Translations under genes and position numbers: made by a program
Shown here: positions 28,881 to 43,307 of the stretch, piece by piece
How positions within the stretch are numbered: position 1 is the stretch's first letter
Layout of the letters: every line of letters begins with the position of its first letter
Notes under the pieces: generated by a model
The model's database searches: none
What the model was told of the DNA's origin: nothing
The model's input: the letters and a program-made list of their open reading frames with translations, nothing else
Assembly: GCA_964016885.1 (NCBI GenBank)
Contig: OZ024748.1
Coordinates: 2,728,001-2,792,000, forward strand
Length of the DNA stretch: 64,000 bases
Direction of reading: 5' to 3'
Source of the DNA: Eledone cirrhosa
Lineage: Eukaryota

Positions 28881-29024
28881 ACGAACATAAGTGTGTCTAT
28901 ATATATATGCAAATATTTGATTATACTTGAAACACCTTCCCGCGCAAACACACATACATGTGTGTGTGAAGATATATATTATATACATATATATATATAC
29001 ACACACACACTATACATATATACA

Positions 29025-29086
<62 letters not shown>

Positions 29087-29189
29087 ATATATATATATAT
29101 ATAATATATATATATTATAATGGAAAACAAGCTTGATTGTAAGATTGCTAGGTATTTTTTTAATAGAAAATAGAAAATTGCCATTCTTA

Positions 29190-29220
<31 letters not shown>

Positions 29221-29446
29221 CATGTATATATACATATATATATATATACTTACACACACACACGTATATATATATATATATGTTTGTAAGTGTGTGTGTG
29301 TGTATTCAATTCCCCAAAGAATGTCTCCACTCCGTGTTTTCGGTACTACCGTTCACTTCTTTTACCATTATCTTTCGTCTAGCTTAATTGTTTGAAGTTT
29401 CTTTTCTTTTATATATCTATATATATATATACATATATATAGAGAG

Positions 29447-29510
<64 letters not shown>

Positions 29511-29650
29511 CATACACATACATACACATAAACACACACTCATACACACACACTCATACATAATATGGATGTATGCATTTTCTTAACTTATAAAGAGCAG
29601 TCAAGCTCTGTGTGTTTGTGTGAGTATATAAATATAAACATCTCTCTGGC

Positions 29651-29698
<48 letters not shown>

Positions 29699-30240
29699 TC
29701 TACATTATAGATAATGGTTTTTGATTCTGGCTATTATAACTTCAAATTATAGTCATAAGTATTGTCAGAAATTATTATAGCAATAATATCTGCAATAATA
29801 ATTATAATCAACATCATCATTATAACTACTATTATCATCATCACCACCATCAGCAACACCATCACCACTACCATCCTCCCCCACCACCACTACTACCACC
29901 ATCACCACCACTACCATCCTCCCCCACCACCACTACTACCACCACCACCACCACCACCACCACCACCACCACCACCACCACCACCACCACCACCACCACC
30001 ATCACCACCACCACCATCACCACCACCACCACCACCACCACCACCATCACCACCACCACCATCACCACCACCACCACCACCACCACCACCACCACCACCA
30101 CCACCACCACCATTACACGTGTCTCTCCATCTCCAAGTCTTTTGAAAAACGATGAAAAACACCATCTTTCCAGAAACCTTTTCCTCTCAGATCTTCTTAT
30201 AAATAAGTAATAATATTAATTCTAATGATAATCTAATAAC

Positions 30241-31300
30241 AATAGTAATAGTAGTAGTGGTGGTGGTAATAGTAGTAGTAGTAGTAGTAGAGGTGGTGGT
30301 AATAGTAGTAGTAGTAGAGGTGGTGGTAATAGTAGTAGTAGTAGAGGTGGTGGTAATAGTAGTAGTAGTAGAGGTGGTGGTAATAGTAGTAGTAGTAGAG
30401 GTGGTGGTAATAGTAGTAGTAGTAGAGGTGGTGGTAATAGTAGTAGTAGTAGAGGTGGTGGTAATAGTAGTAGTAGTAGAGGTGGTGGTAATAGTAGTAG
30501 TAGTAGAGGTGGTGGTAATAGTAGTAGTAGTAGTGGAGGTGGTAATAGTAGTAGTAGTAGTAGAGGTGGTGGTAATAGTAGTAGTAGTAGAGGTGGTGGT
30601 AATAGTAGTATTAGTAGTAGAGGTGGTGGTAATAGTAGTAGTAGTAGAGGTGGTGGTAATAGTAGTATTAGTAGTAGAGGTGGTGGTAATAGTAGTAGTA
30701 GTAGAAGTGGTGGTAATAGTAGTAGTAGTAGTAGAGGTGGTGGTAATAGTAGTAGTAGTAGAGGTGGTGGTAATAGTAGTATTAGTAGTAGAGGTGGTGG
30801 TAATAGTAGTAGTAGTAGAGGTGGTGGTAATAGTAGTAGTAGTAGAGGTGGTGGTAATAGTAGTAGTAGTAGAGGTGGTGGTAATAGTAGTAGTAGTAGA
30901 GGTGGTGGTAATAGTAGTAGTAGTGGTGGTGGTGGTAATAGTAGTAGTAGTAGAGGTGGTGGTAATAGTAGTAGTAGTAGAGGTGGTGGTAATAGTAGTA
31001 GTAGTAGAGGTGGTGGTAATAGTAGTAGTAGTAGTGGTGGTGGTAATAGTAGTAGTAGTAGTGGTGGTGGTAATAGTAGTAGTAGTAGAGGTGGTGGTAC
31101 TAGTAGTAGTAGTAGAGGTGGTGGTAATAGTAATAGTAGTAGAGGTGGTGGTACTAGTAGTAGTAGTAGTGGTGGTGGTAATAGTAGTAGTAGTAGAGGT
31201 GGTGGTAATAGTAGTAGTAGTAGTGGTGGTGGTAATAGTAGTAGTAATGGTGGTAATAGTAGTAGTAGTAGAGATGGTAGTAGCAGTAGCAGTAGAAGTA
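30241..31300 (+). repeat. 27-bp minisatellite (aat agt agt agt agt aga ggt ggt ggt), roughly 37 units
   Basis: Seen directly. Confidence 0.95.
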
Positions 31301-31304
31301 GTTT

Positions 31305-31490
31305 TGCAGCGAAATGGGAAAGTCAACTAAATCGATCCAGTACATTACTGGTACTTTATTTTATCGACTCCATAAGGATGAAAGGTATAGTTAACCTCGG
31401 CGGGATTTGAATTCATACCGTAAATGGCCGTAACTCTATGCTTCAAAGCATGGTGTCCGACCCTCTACCGATACCCCCAATCCACGCCCT
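31305..31490 (-). mobile_element. Meta/MESC-like SINE
   Basis: Same central domain and tRNA-like head as 5983-6168. Further partial copies near 27020, 27735, 31720, 34145, 34455, 45345, 55782, 59605 and 60745. Confidence 0.85.
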
Positions 31491-31985
31491 ACTATGAGTA
31501 GAAATGTTGTTATTCTACATCTAACGACTTCCTACTTACTGGCACAATGATTAAACAGTATTCCAACCATGTCCACCACATCTATGTATCGGGTGTACCC
31601 TCACTGTTTCAAGACAGTCTGTATGATTTGAAGGAGATTTGGCCGCTATTTCTTGTAGATCGATCACATAGAAGTTTCCAGTAGCTTCGAAAATCTACAA
31701 TGGATTTGTTGAGAGTTGGGCGAGACTAACTAGAGAATTAGAGTAAGAATCTTTACAGAATTATATCGATCTCCTTGTCGTTCGATTGTGAGTTCAAATC
31801 CAGACATGATCGATTTTGTCTTTCAGTTCAGTCTTACGGGGTCGATACAATGTGTGCCTAATCAGGCTTTTGTACATATGAAATATATCGATAATGAGGA
31901 AGGGTTAACTCATTTAAAGTCATAGATTTATAGATAGATAGATATATAGATAGATAGATAGATAGATAGATATATAGATAGATAT

Positions 31986-32026
<41 letters not shown>

Positions 32027-32115
32027 GAGATTGATTGATAATGGACATTACGAGCTGAGGATCCGCTAAGGTGAAACAATTGTTCTCGGTATGTGACTAA
32101 CTGTTGTGTAACCAC

Positions 32116-32177
<62 letters not shown>

Positions 32178-32351
32178 GCGTATATTCATATATATATTAG
32201 AAAAGGGAAGTAAGGTTCTATACAAAACAGGTGAAGTTAGAAATAGCACGGAAAATATATTTTAGGGTCTGTTTATATATAAGTGTGTTCTGTTATTAAT
32301 TCTGGCAATATTATTACAACAATATGACCCTCCCCAAGTATATATATATAT

Positions 32352-32543
32352 ATAGGAGTAAGTAAGACCCCGACGGCTGAGCTCAAGCCGTTTCGACGGC
32401 TAATTCTGTACAGAATTAGCCGTCGAAACGGCTTGAGCTCAGCCGTCGGGGTCTTACTTACTCCTATTACCCACTCTACTACCCTAAGTATTGAGTACTT
32501 TGGTGCGTTATGGTCCACCTGGTTCCTTACCACTTTTCCCTCG

Positions 32544-32544
<1 letters not shown>
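32352..32544 (+). mobile_element. Family A2 element with perfect 116-bp palindrome
   Basis: 32352-32467 is self-complementary about ctgt|acag (32409/32410) with no loop. The tail follows, with (TA)n on both sides. Confidence 0.88.
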
Positions 32545-32640
<96 letters not shown>

Positions 32641-32697
32641 TTTATATATATATATATACAGACGCATATATACATATACACATATCTTTATATATAC

Positions 32698-32872
32698 GTT
32701 CAACAGGTAGTTTCAAACGAGAATCTGGAACTAGCTGTTGAACCAGCAAGAGCTCAGCCGTTGGGTCCCGACTCTTTATAATATAACCATGCTCTACTAC
32801 CCCAAGTATCGAGTACTCTTTTGGATAATAGTCTAACTAGTTTCAAACTGAATCCTTCCTGATTTAAGTAAG
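32698..32872 (+). mobile_element. Diverged family A3 copy with short hairpin
   Basis: gttcaacag.tagtttca...tggaacta.ctgttgaac, then gagctcagccgt..ggtcccgactctttataatataa, also seen at 37982-38045. Confidence 0.65.
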
Positions 32873-32967
32873 ATATATATATATATAGAGAGAGAGAGAG
32901 GGAGGGAGACATATAAAGAGGGAGAGAGAACAGGAGACATATATATATATATATATATATATATAGA

Positions 32968-33040
<73 letters not shown>

Positions 33041-33697
33041 GGGGGATGGGGGGGGGGAGATCCCATTCAAGTACAAAGACAATGGTCAGAAAAATCCGAG
33101 CCGGGTAAGACTTGAACTTGAAAATGATAATCGATGTGTTAGGCTTATTGATCAATATTGATGATCTATATGAATGATAGGGGTGACAGTTGTATTAATT
33201 ATATTAATTAGGGTAATGAGGAAGATGATTATTATAATAATGACACAATATAGTTATTGTAACACTAATAATGGACATAACCATATACACTGTATTGTTA
33301 TTGTAACTGTTGTTGTTGGTGGTGGTGGTGTGGTGGCGGTGTGGTGGTGGCGGTGTGGTGTGGTGGCGGTATGGTGGCGGTGTGGCGGTGTGGTGTGGTG
33401 TGGTGGTGGCGGTGTGGTGTGGTGGCGGTGTGGTGTGGTGGTGGTGGCGGTGTAGTGGCGGTGTGGTGTGGTGTGGTGGTGGCGGTGTGGTGGTGTGGTG
33501 TGGTGGTGGCGGTGTGGTGAGGTGTGATGGTGGTGGTGATATGGTGTGGTGGTGGTGGTGGTGGTGGTGGTGGTCACCATTGAATATATTAGAAGCAATA
33601 ACTAACTTCAGATCTATTGTTGAATATATATCATGCCGCTGGCTAGGTAAGGACCTCACTGCACCCTTCAGTCTACACTGAGTAATCCTTATAATAA

Positions 33698-33745
<48 letters not shown>

Positions 33746-33933
33746 ATGTATGTATGTATTTATATATGAGACCGAGCTGGGAATCTGAATAAGGTGAAAT
33801 CAATTGTTCTTGGTATGGGGAACTAACTGTTGTGGAACTACAGTCCCAAGGACTGAGTGCTCTACTCTACAATACGGATATAACCCACTAGTGTTCTACT
33901 ATTATATATAAATACTTATATACTTATATACTA

Positions 33934-33995
<62 letters not shown>

Positions 33996-34646
33996 ATACT
34001 TGGGGAGGGTCATGTTTGGTTGGTTTTCGCTTCTGTGTCTTTTATATCGGTTAATTTAATTTATTCGGTCCTCAAAACTATATATATATATATTCAAAGT
34101 TGGATCTTTGTGAGCCGCTACACGAAGCTTTGCGTCCCACCCTGGGGTTAGCTTTGCCTTTCATCCTTTCGGTGTCAGCAAAATAAAGTACCAGTAGTGT
34201 ACTGGAGTAGATTTAATCGACTTTCCTCTTCCCCTACTCCACCAAATATGTTGACCTTGTGCCGCCTAAATCAGAAACCATTATGCTAGAAATTTCGGTT
34301 GGTTGTTCCTTCGATTTCAATCCACAGTTGAGGTTGTTTACAGCCTAACACACGAATGCTTAACATGATAGGAAGAATAACTTTACAGATAATTACCATG
34401 GTTTCTTACGTGGGTGCAAATACACAGTTTCTTTTGTGTTCATCGTGCTACGATGTTTTATCGACCCCCGGAAAGATGAAAAGCAATACTGGCCCCGGGG
34501 GGGATCTGAACTCAGAACGTAAAGGGTCGGAATTGAAATAATAAGTGCTCGGAAGAATAATTCGCTTTATTGAATTTTGTTGCATACGTTAAGAAATACA
34601 CACACACACACACACGCGTGTGTGTGTGTTCGTCCATATATATATA

Positions 34647-34695
<49 letters not shown>

Positions 34696-34744
34696 ATATA
34701 TGTATATATATATGTGTGTGTGTATATAAATATGTGTATATACA

Positions 34745-34823
34745 CAGGGTCTCCCTGAAAAATGTATACACACTTTTATTAGTATGTTGTTGAAGTATGT
34801 ATACATTATTTTAGGACAACCTG
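34745..34823. mobile_element. Family D MITE (Tc1/mariner-type TIR)
   Basis: TIR consensus cagggtgtccc(c)aaaaaatgtatacacactt. Further copies at 36214-36285, 40584-40648, 53705-53803, 62426-62601, 63126-63202 and 63333-63433. Confidence 0.75.
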
Positions 34824-34948
34824 TATATATATGTAAGTGTGTATGCATATGTGTGTATGTATACGTAATTGTGTATATATATACATATATATACACAATT
34901 AGGTATACATACCCACATATGCCTACACACTCACATATACAGGTTGTC

Positions 34949-35037
<89 letters not shown>

Positions 35038-35126
35038 CATATGTGTGTGTGTGTGTGTGTATAAACATATGTGTGTGTATGTATACATATATATACAGAG
35101 AGAGGGAGACATATATATAGATATGC

Positions 35127-35173
<47 letters not shown>

Positions 35174-35182
35174 CATATATAT

Positions 35183-35248
<66 letters not shown>

Positions 35249-35405
35249 CTTTGGATATTTACAAGGTTGTTCACGGACGAGTGGTTATGTTGAACCAATA
35301 TAAATATATACACAGGCTCAAGTTGCCACACATTGCCAAGGCTTGCAACTGCACATCCATAATCTCTTACGCCATTCTTCTCAACTAAGCATGTATAAAT
35401 GCGTC

Positions 35406-35470
<65 letters not shown>

Positions 35471-35541
35471 GCACATAGACACACACTCACACATATATGT
35501 ATACACACTCACATATACATGCATATATATCCATATATATT

Positions 35542-35613
<72 letters not shown>

Positions 35614-35660
35614 ATACACATATACATGCATATATACACATACATATATATATTATATAT

Positions 35661-35730
<70 letters not shown>

Positions 35731-35732
<2 letters not shown>

Positions 35733-35921
35733 CAAAGGAAATGTGGTAAGGAACCAGATGGACCATAACGCACGAGAGTACTCAATACTTAGGGTAGTAG
35801 AGTCGGAAATAGGAAAAAGTATGACCCCGACGGCAGAGCTCAAGCCGTTTCGACGGCTATTTCTGATTCCAGAAATAGCCGCCGAAACGGCTTGAGCTCT
35901 GCCGTCGGGATCATACTTTTT

Positions 35922-35926
<5 letters not shown>
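35731..35926 (-). mobile_element. Family A1 element, opposite orientation
   Basis: Tail 35731-35808, arms 35809-35865 and 35870-35926 (2 mismatches), (TA)n on both sides. Confidence 0.85.
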
Positions 35927-35981
<55 letters not shown>

Positions 35982-36006
35982 TATATATATATATATATAT
36001 TATATA

Positions 36007-36059
<53 letters not shown>

Positions 36060-36123
36060 TATATATATATATATATATTATATATATATATTATATATAT
36101 ATATTATATATATATATTATATA

Positions 36124-36193
<70 letters not shown>

Positions 36194-36282
36194 CATATAT
36201 ATATATACATATACAAGATGTCCCAAAAAATGTATACACATTAAAATCCTGTTGAAGTGTGTATACATTCTTGGGGAACACC

Positions 36283-36374
<92 letters not shown>

Positions 36375-37776
36375 AGTATTGTAGCAAAAAGCCAACAGTA
36401 TTCCATAATATATAAGTGACTATGGCGTCAAAATGGGAAAATAGTTAACGTAAGATGTGGGAAATATATATATGTATAAAATGATAAGAAACGAAAGGAG
36501 CTGTGTGGTTACTAAAACCAAGGACGGAACAAGAGGAGAAAGGAAGAATCCTTCATATATTCTCTACAATGTCGAGCCATAATCTCACACCATTTGCTGT
36601 AGTTGATAGTTTTACGAATGTTTTGTTTGAAGCCTGGCCGGCAGGTGGCGAACCTTTCTCTCTTGTATTCGTATTTGTACAAGCTTATGTGTATATATAT
36701 ATATAAATTTAATAATAATGTAAGTATATACGTATGCATATATATATATAATCATATATATATATATGTGTGTGTGTTTAATTTCTCTCTATATATTTTC
36801 ATATATAATCTCTATCTCTCTCTCTATATATATATGTAATCTTTATATATATATATATATATATCTTTTTCCCTAAATATATATACAGTAATAATATATA
36901 TAATATTGAAACGATATATGTATATATATACACACACACACACATACATACATACACACAATACAACAGTCCTGGAATCCCAGACAGTTTTTATATAGGC
37001 ACGGTTGGTTCGGTCTGTTTCGCTTGGCTTGTATGTATGTATTTTTATTTGAAATTAGTCGATGGAGATTTAATGAGCTGTTATAAACATATATTTATTA
37101 GCAGGCCGCCAGTCCATATGTTATATCGAGCAGTAAATTCACAATAATTTGATATTTCCCCCAAAAGCCTAAAGAATACACGAATGCACTTTGGAGGAAC
37201 TAATTGTATTTGTAAAGCCTTGCATTTGCAATCCTTTTTTTCGCCTGATTTCGCTTCTATCAGTCAGTAAAAGCTCACATTGACCTCCGAACTCTCCTCT
37301 TCCCCCTCATCCCACTCTGTCTTATCGTCTTATTGCCTGATACTACTCCCACCATCTCTCACCCCCTCTTTCTCTCACTACCCCCTCTCTCTCTCTCTCA
37401 CTGATCTTATACACAACTCAACTGCACCGATTTCTTTTCTTCTCCACCAATCAAAAATCTTCAATCTTGTTTTGATTAAATTTTCTTTTTTATTGTTGTT
37501 GTTGTTGTTGCTGTTGTTTTGTTTGCTTGTTGTTTTTTGTTTTTGTTCTTTTCTATTTCATTTTGTCCATCATATATATTTCTCTCTCTTATTACCTCGC
37601 TCACACTCTTCTTCTCTCGCTTCTTCTCTCTCTCTCTCTTCGATTTACAATAAACAGTCCACCGATTGGTATAAACAAACCACTGCTGATGGAGATTATT
37701 TTCCTGTTTTTCTTTTATATTCCATATTCCATGTTATTTTGTTTGTTATATACATGTGTGTGAGTGTCTGTATGTG

Positions 37777-37889
<113 letters not shown>

Positions 37890-38248
37890 AGATGTTTTAA
37901 CATAGGCAATGGTAGGTTGACTACAATTGGTTTGAACACTTGTATCATCTCTTTAACTACAACCTCCTCTCCTTCTTCCACAACTAGCTGTTGAAACGGC
38001 AAGAGCTCAGCCGTCGGGGTCCCGACTCTTTATAATATAATCATATATAAAGTTATTCTTAAAAATAATTTCACCGAAACACATCTGTTGAAAATAAAAT
38101 CTCCCAACTATATCTTTTTTAAAATGTCTTTTGAAAGGCGGTGGATTGACAGAATTGGTAGAGCGCTGGACTAAATACCTTGCGGTATTTGTTTTGAATC
38201 TTTACATTTTGAGTTCAAATCCCACCAAGATCAAATTTGATTTTCATC

Positions 38249-38566
38249 GGAGATGAGAGAGTCACTTCAGTTAGATCCGCTACTTCTCCGAATTGAGAGA
38301 TCACAGCTCCGATGTTATGGACATGTGGTTAGAATGTCTCAGTAAAGAATCACTGGACATATTTTACTGGCAAAACCAACCAGTAGGAAACCCAGGGGTA
38401 GACCCACGAGCAAGATGGTTGAATAACATCTATGAGCTTGGCTGGTCACGCTTGGAGATCCAGCTGGATCAGTTGAAGTCGGTTGCTTCTGACAGGATCC
38501 GCTTGAGAGAGTTTTTAAGGACTCTGCCTTCACGATCCTCTCAGGAATAAATGGGCGAAAAAGAAG
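38249..38566 (+). mobile_element. Rex3/Expander-like RTE LINE 3' end nested in a SINE
   Basis: Encodes PLLLRIERSQLRCYGHVVRM...GVDPRARWLNNIYELGWSRLEI... The SINE head is at 38133-38248 and its remainder at 38567-38675. Confidence 0.85.
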
Positions 38567-38967
38567 ATCCTGCTGGGGTACATAAAAATAAAATACCAGT
38601 CATATTTTGGGGTTGATTTAACCTACGTAATCCACCCTCCTAGATGTGCTGGCCTTGTGTTTAAATTAGCAATCAACATTTTTAATGTTCCGTTTCCTTT
38701 TTTTTTTTGGTTATTAAAAGTAATTTCATTTTTTCGTTAATAGTAAAAGTTTCATTATTTTCAGAGTTTAAATTTTATTGTTGACTTTCGAAAATATATT
38801 AAAAAAAGCAAAACAATATCACAAGTGAAAATGACATTCTTTTAATTAACGAAAATGATATTATTTAATTATTTAATTAAAATTGTAAATGATGTTCCCA
38901 TAGTAGATTATATTATGTATGTATGTGTGTGTGTATGTATGTTTGTATACTACTGGTAACATGTATC

Positions 38968-39539
38968 CCAGTACAACCTGTCCCATGGTCGGGTCGTTGG
39001 CGACTAAACTGGCAACCCCACCAAGGTTTCTTGGTGAGGAGGGTGACTTTGGACATCCTGCAGGACTAAAAACAAAACCTGTCAAAGGGCAAAGGAGCTC
39101 TTAAGAGTCAATGGCCATCCAAAATCACCGGGAGAGATGACCCCTTAGCCTTTGTCAAGGCAGAATTCTAGGAGAAGGAAAACTCTGATATAACACCTGC
39201 AACCCTGATGGTATCCAATGATGTTGACTTATTCTTCTTTTTGGTAAATATCATCTTGGTTAAGAGAGTGGGACTGGCTTTGTGCAGTGCCTTTGCTCAC
39301 TATAAAAGCTTCACGGCACAGGCATTGCTTTATATCTGGAGATCTCTCTACACTTGTCGTCACATGGTACCAAAGGCCCAACACTATGTGTCAATAATTG
39401 TCACAGGTGTAGTGTTTGTACCAGAGTTTTCAAGTCGCTGGCTGGACTAAAAGTCACACTTGTTTAGCGCATCGGTAGGGGTTCTCCTACATGGATATAA
39501 AGTAGTGGCCGTACTCGAAAACGAGTTGGCAGCCACCAT
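38968..39539 (+). mobile_element. Family E non-autonomous retroposon, longest copy
   Basis: Homologous to 20125-20516 and to the reverse complement of 42189-42480. 3' stem-loop ctcgaaaacgag before a simple-repeat tail. Confidence 0.7.
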
Positions 39540-39997
39540 ATATATATATACATACATATCCGTGTATTGTCTGTCTGTTCTCTCTCACTCCTCCCCCATA
39601 GCCCCCTGGGCCTCCCTCTCTCTCACATTTCACCCTAGCCCTCTCTCGCTCTTTCTCCTTAACCCCGTAGCCCTCCCTCTCTTCATCTCTTTCTCTCTCT
39701 CTCCCTCTGCCTCTCTCTCCGTCCCCTCTACCCATTACCCCTGTCACCCTCACCCCAGGTTCTTCACTAGAGGAATTCCAAGACCGTCTCTTACCGTTCT
39801 GTCTCCCATTCTACAATATTGACATTACACATTAACCTATTACTTAGAAAGGAGTTAACCTCTCTCTATTGCTCACTACCCTTCACTTCTATTTACTTCC
39901 TAACTCCTTTATCTCATACACCTTACTTTACCCCTCTTTTACTTTCTTATACACACACACACACATATATATATATTATATATTATATATATATGAC

Positions 39998-40063
<66 letters not shown>

Positions 40064-40182
40064 TTAAAACAATGAAATAAAAATTCAAGTCATTAGAGAT
40101 GTACTTCACTGCTTTACGATCGTTTCTAGATGATGATAATACATTGTATCTATACTCCGTTATTGATCTATGTAAGTCTGCG

Positions 40183-40269
<87 letters not shown>

Positions 40270-40525
40270 CATAAATATACATACATAAATATATATATAT
40301 ATACGTGTGACTATATATATATATGTGTGTGACTATATATATACATATGTGTGTGTGACTTTATATATATGTGTGTGTGATTATATATATATGTGTGACT
40401 ATAAATATATATATATCACTATAAATACATGTGTGTGTGTGTATGAATGTATGTATATATATATATGGTCTCTCTTCTTTATCGGCCTGTGTACGTATGA
40501 TTGTCTCTTTCTATCTGTGTATGTT

Positions 40526-40581
<56 letters not shown>

Positions 40582-40757
40582 TACAGTGTGTCCCCACACT
40601 TTTATCAGAGCACTGTTGAAGAGTGTATACATTTTTGGGGACACCCTATATATATATATAAATATATATATATGCAAAAGTTTTATTTAAAATTGTTGGG
40701 TTACAACGAGTAAATATTTTATAACTGATATAAAGCACTCAACAAGTTTTGGAGTAG

Positions 40758-41109
40758 ATATACGATATTAAACAAATGGAAACTATATTTATAAAACCAT
40801 ATTTATTTCATTATACATATTTCAAGGATACCATATTAAAAATATGGCATGCCTTCTTCAGATAAAATACAATATATAAGCAGTTTTATAAATAAATAAA
40901 TTTGACGTACCATAAATATTGATCAACTTCCAAATGGAAGTTGATCAATATTTATGGTACGTCAAATTTATTTATTTATAAAACTGCTTATATATTGTAT
41001 TTTATCTGAAGAAGGCATGCCATATTTTTAATATGGTATCCTTGAAATATGTATAATGAAATAAATATGGTTTTATAAATATAGTTTCCATTTGTTTAAT
41101 ATCGTATAT
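40758..41109. repeat. Perfect palindrome with 175-bp arms
   Basis: Arms 40758-40932 and 40935-41109 with a 2-nt spacer. No mismatches found on reading. Contains CTGAAGA (41006) - stem - GAAA (41044). Confidence 0.93.
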
Positions 41110-41134
41110 ATATATATTTATATATATATATATT

Positions 41135-41213
<79 letters not shown>

Positions 41214-41642
41214 GTATAGAGAGGTAGAGAGACCCTTGTATATCGGGGGGGGGGGGGTCGCAATGTTTTCAAGTATGTTGTAAAAACCCATCGGGTGCGC
41301 GCAAAAAAAAAGGATAAAAAACAGTAAAATAAGAACAGAATAATAAACAGAAAAAAAAACAGAAAAAAAGAAGAGAAAAATCAAAATAAACATTTAAAAA
41401 AACAGCAACTCATGAATATAATACATATATCTGCATACATAATTTTGTCTAAGTTTGAAAGCCACTGACTTGGCTTTCAAACGTCTGCTTAAGACCCTCC
41501 CCTATATATACACACGTATGTTTTATACAATGGACGACCCGTTTTTCTTGAGATGAGAGACACTTGTGAATATAATGTACGTACTTCTATATATACATAC
41601 GTACACACATCTATACATCTGCAACATCCTCCCTGTATATAC

Positions 41643-41715
<73 letters not shown>

Positions 41716-41899
41716 AGTATATAATATATTATATGCATATATACATATATATAAATAAATATATATACACATACTTTTATCCACACACACATATATGTAT
41801 GTATGCATATGTTACATACACACACACTCATATTTGTTTATAAATACATACATATATACAAATACATATATATATACACAAACATACACATTCTTATAT

Positions 41900-41946
41900 C
41901 GTCGAAACGGCTTGAGCTCAGCCGTCGGGGTCTTACTTGTTCCTAT
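41900..41946 (+). mobile_element. Family A2 single arm
   Basis: cgtcgaaacggcttgagctcagccgtcggggtcttacttgttcctat. Confidence 0.75.
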
Positions 41947-42188
41947 TTATATATATATATATTTATAAACATATACATATATATATATACACATACACAC
42001 TCACATATATATTATATATATATACATACACATACACACTCATATATATGTATGCATGTTACATACACTCATATATATATGTGTATGTATATGTGTATAT
42101 ATATATATATGTGTGTGTATGTATATGTGTATATATATAAATATATATACATACATATATATATATATATACATACATATATATATAC

Positions 42189-42480
42189 ATGGTGGCTGCC
42201 AACTCGTTTTCGAGTACGGCCACTACTTTATATCCATGTAGGGGAACCCCTACCGAGGCGCTGAACGAGTGTGACTTTTTAGTCCAGCCAGCGACTTGAA
42301 AACTCTGGTACAAACACTACACTTGTGACAATTATTGACACATAGTGCTGGGCCCATGGTACCATGTGACGACAAGTGCAGAGAGATCTCCAGATATAAA
42401 GCAATGCCTGTGCCGTGAAGCTTTTATAGTGAACAAAGGCACTGCACAAAGCCAGTCCCACTCTCTTCACCAAGATGATA
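42189..42480 (-). mobile_element. Family E 5'-truncated copy
   Basis: Close reverse complement of 39249-39539. Confidence 0.85.
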
Positions 42481-42542
42481 TATATACATACATATATATA
42501 TACATACATATATATATACATACATATATATATACATACATA

Positions 42543-42574
<32 letters not shown>

Positions 42575-42595
42575 CATATATATACATACATACAT

Positions 42596-42659
<64 letters not shown>

Positions 42660-43307
42660 GGTGGGTATTGAGAACCACTGGAAAACACGCTCATTTAACA
42701 AGTCTTTTCATAAGTATTTCAATATCTTCTTTTTTTATATATAGACACATACATACATATACTGTATATGTTACATTTATATGTCTCTCTCTCTATATAT
42801 ATATACACATACATGTATGTGTATATGTTATATTTATGTATGCCTATATATATATATATATATATATACCTGAATCTGAATGTTTGCTAGTTTCTGTATT
42901 GTAGTAGTCGTTGAAAAAAACGAAAAGGCGGCCATGATTTTGTTAACATAGTTAAGAGTGAAAGAGATAGATGGTTTGTAGATATTGAACCTAATAATGA
43001 TAGGGTTTATTTAATACAGAGGACTGGTTAGGTGAACCCCTAACTCCAGTAAGAGCAGAAAGAGAGAGTTAAATAAATTAGAGGTTCCTTTGACTATCCC
43101 GGTTGTAGCTATTTCACATTCTGTGCAAGTTGAAGTAGATTTAATGAAACAGAAACATGATACGTTCTCGTTTCCGCCTTAATCGGAATTGTAATAGGAT
43201 TTCTTCTCTATTTTTGAAGGGTTTAAAATTAGAATGTGTATTTGAAACGTGGGGGTTGATATTAAACAGATCCATATGGTTCTGCTATATCTTATTATTA
43301 TATTATA

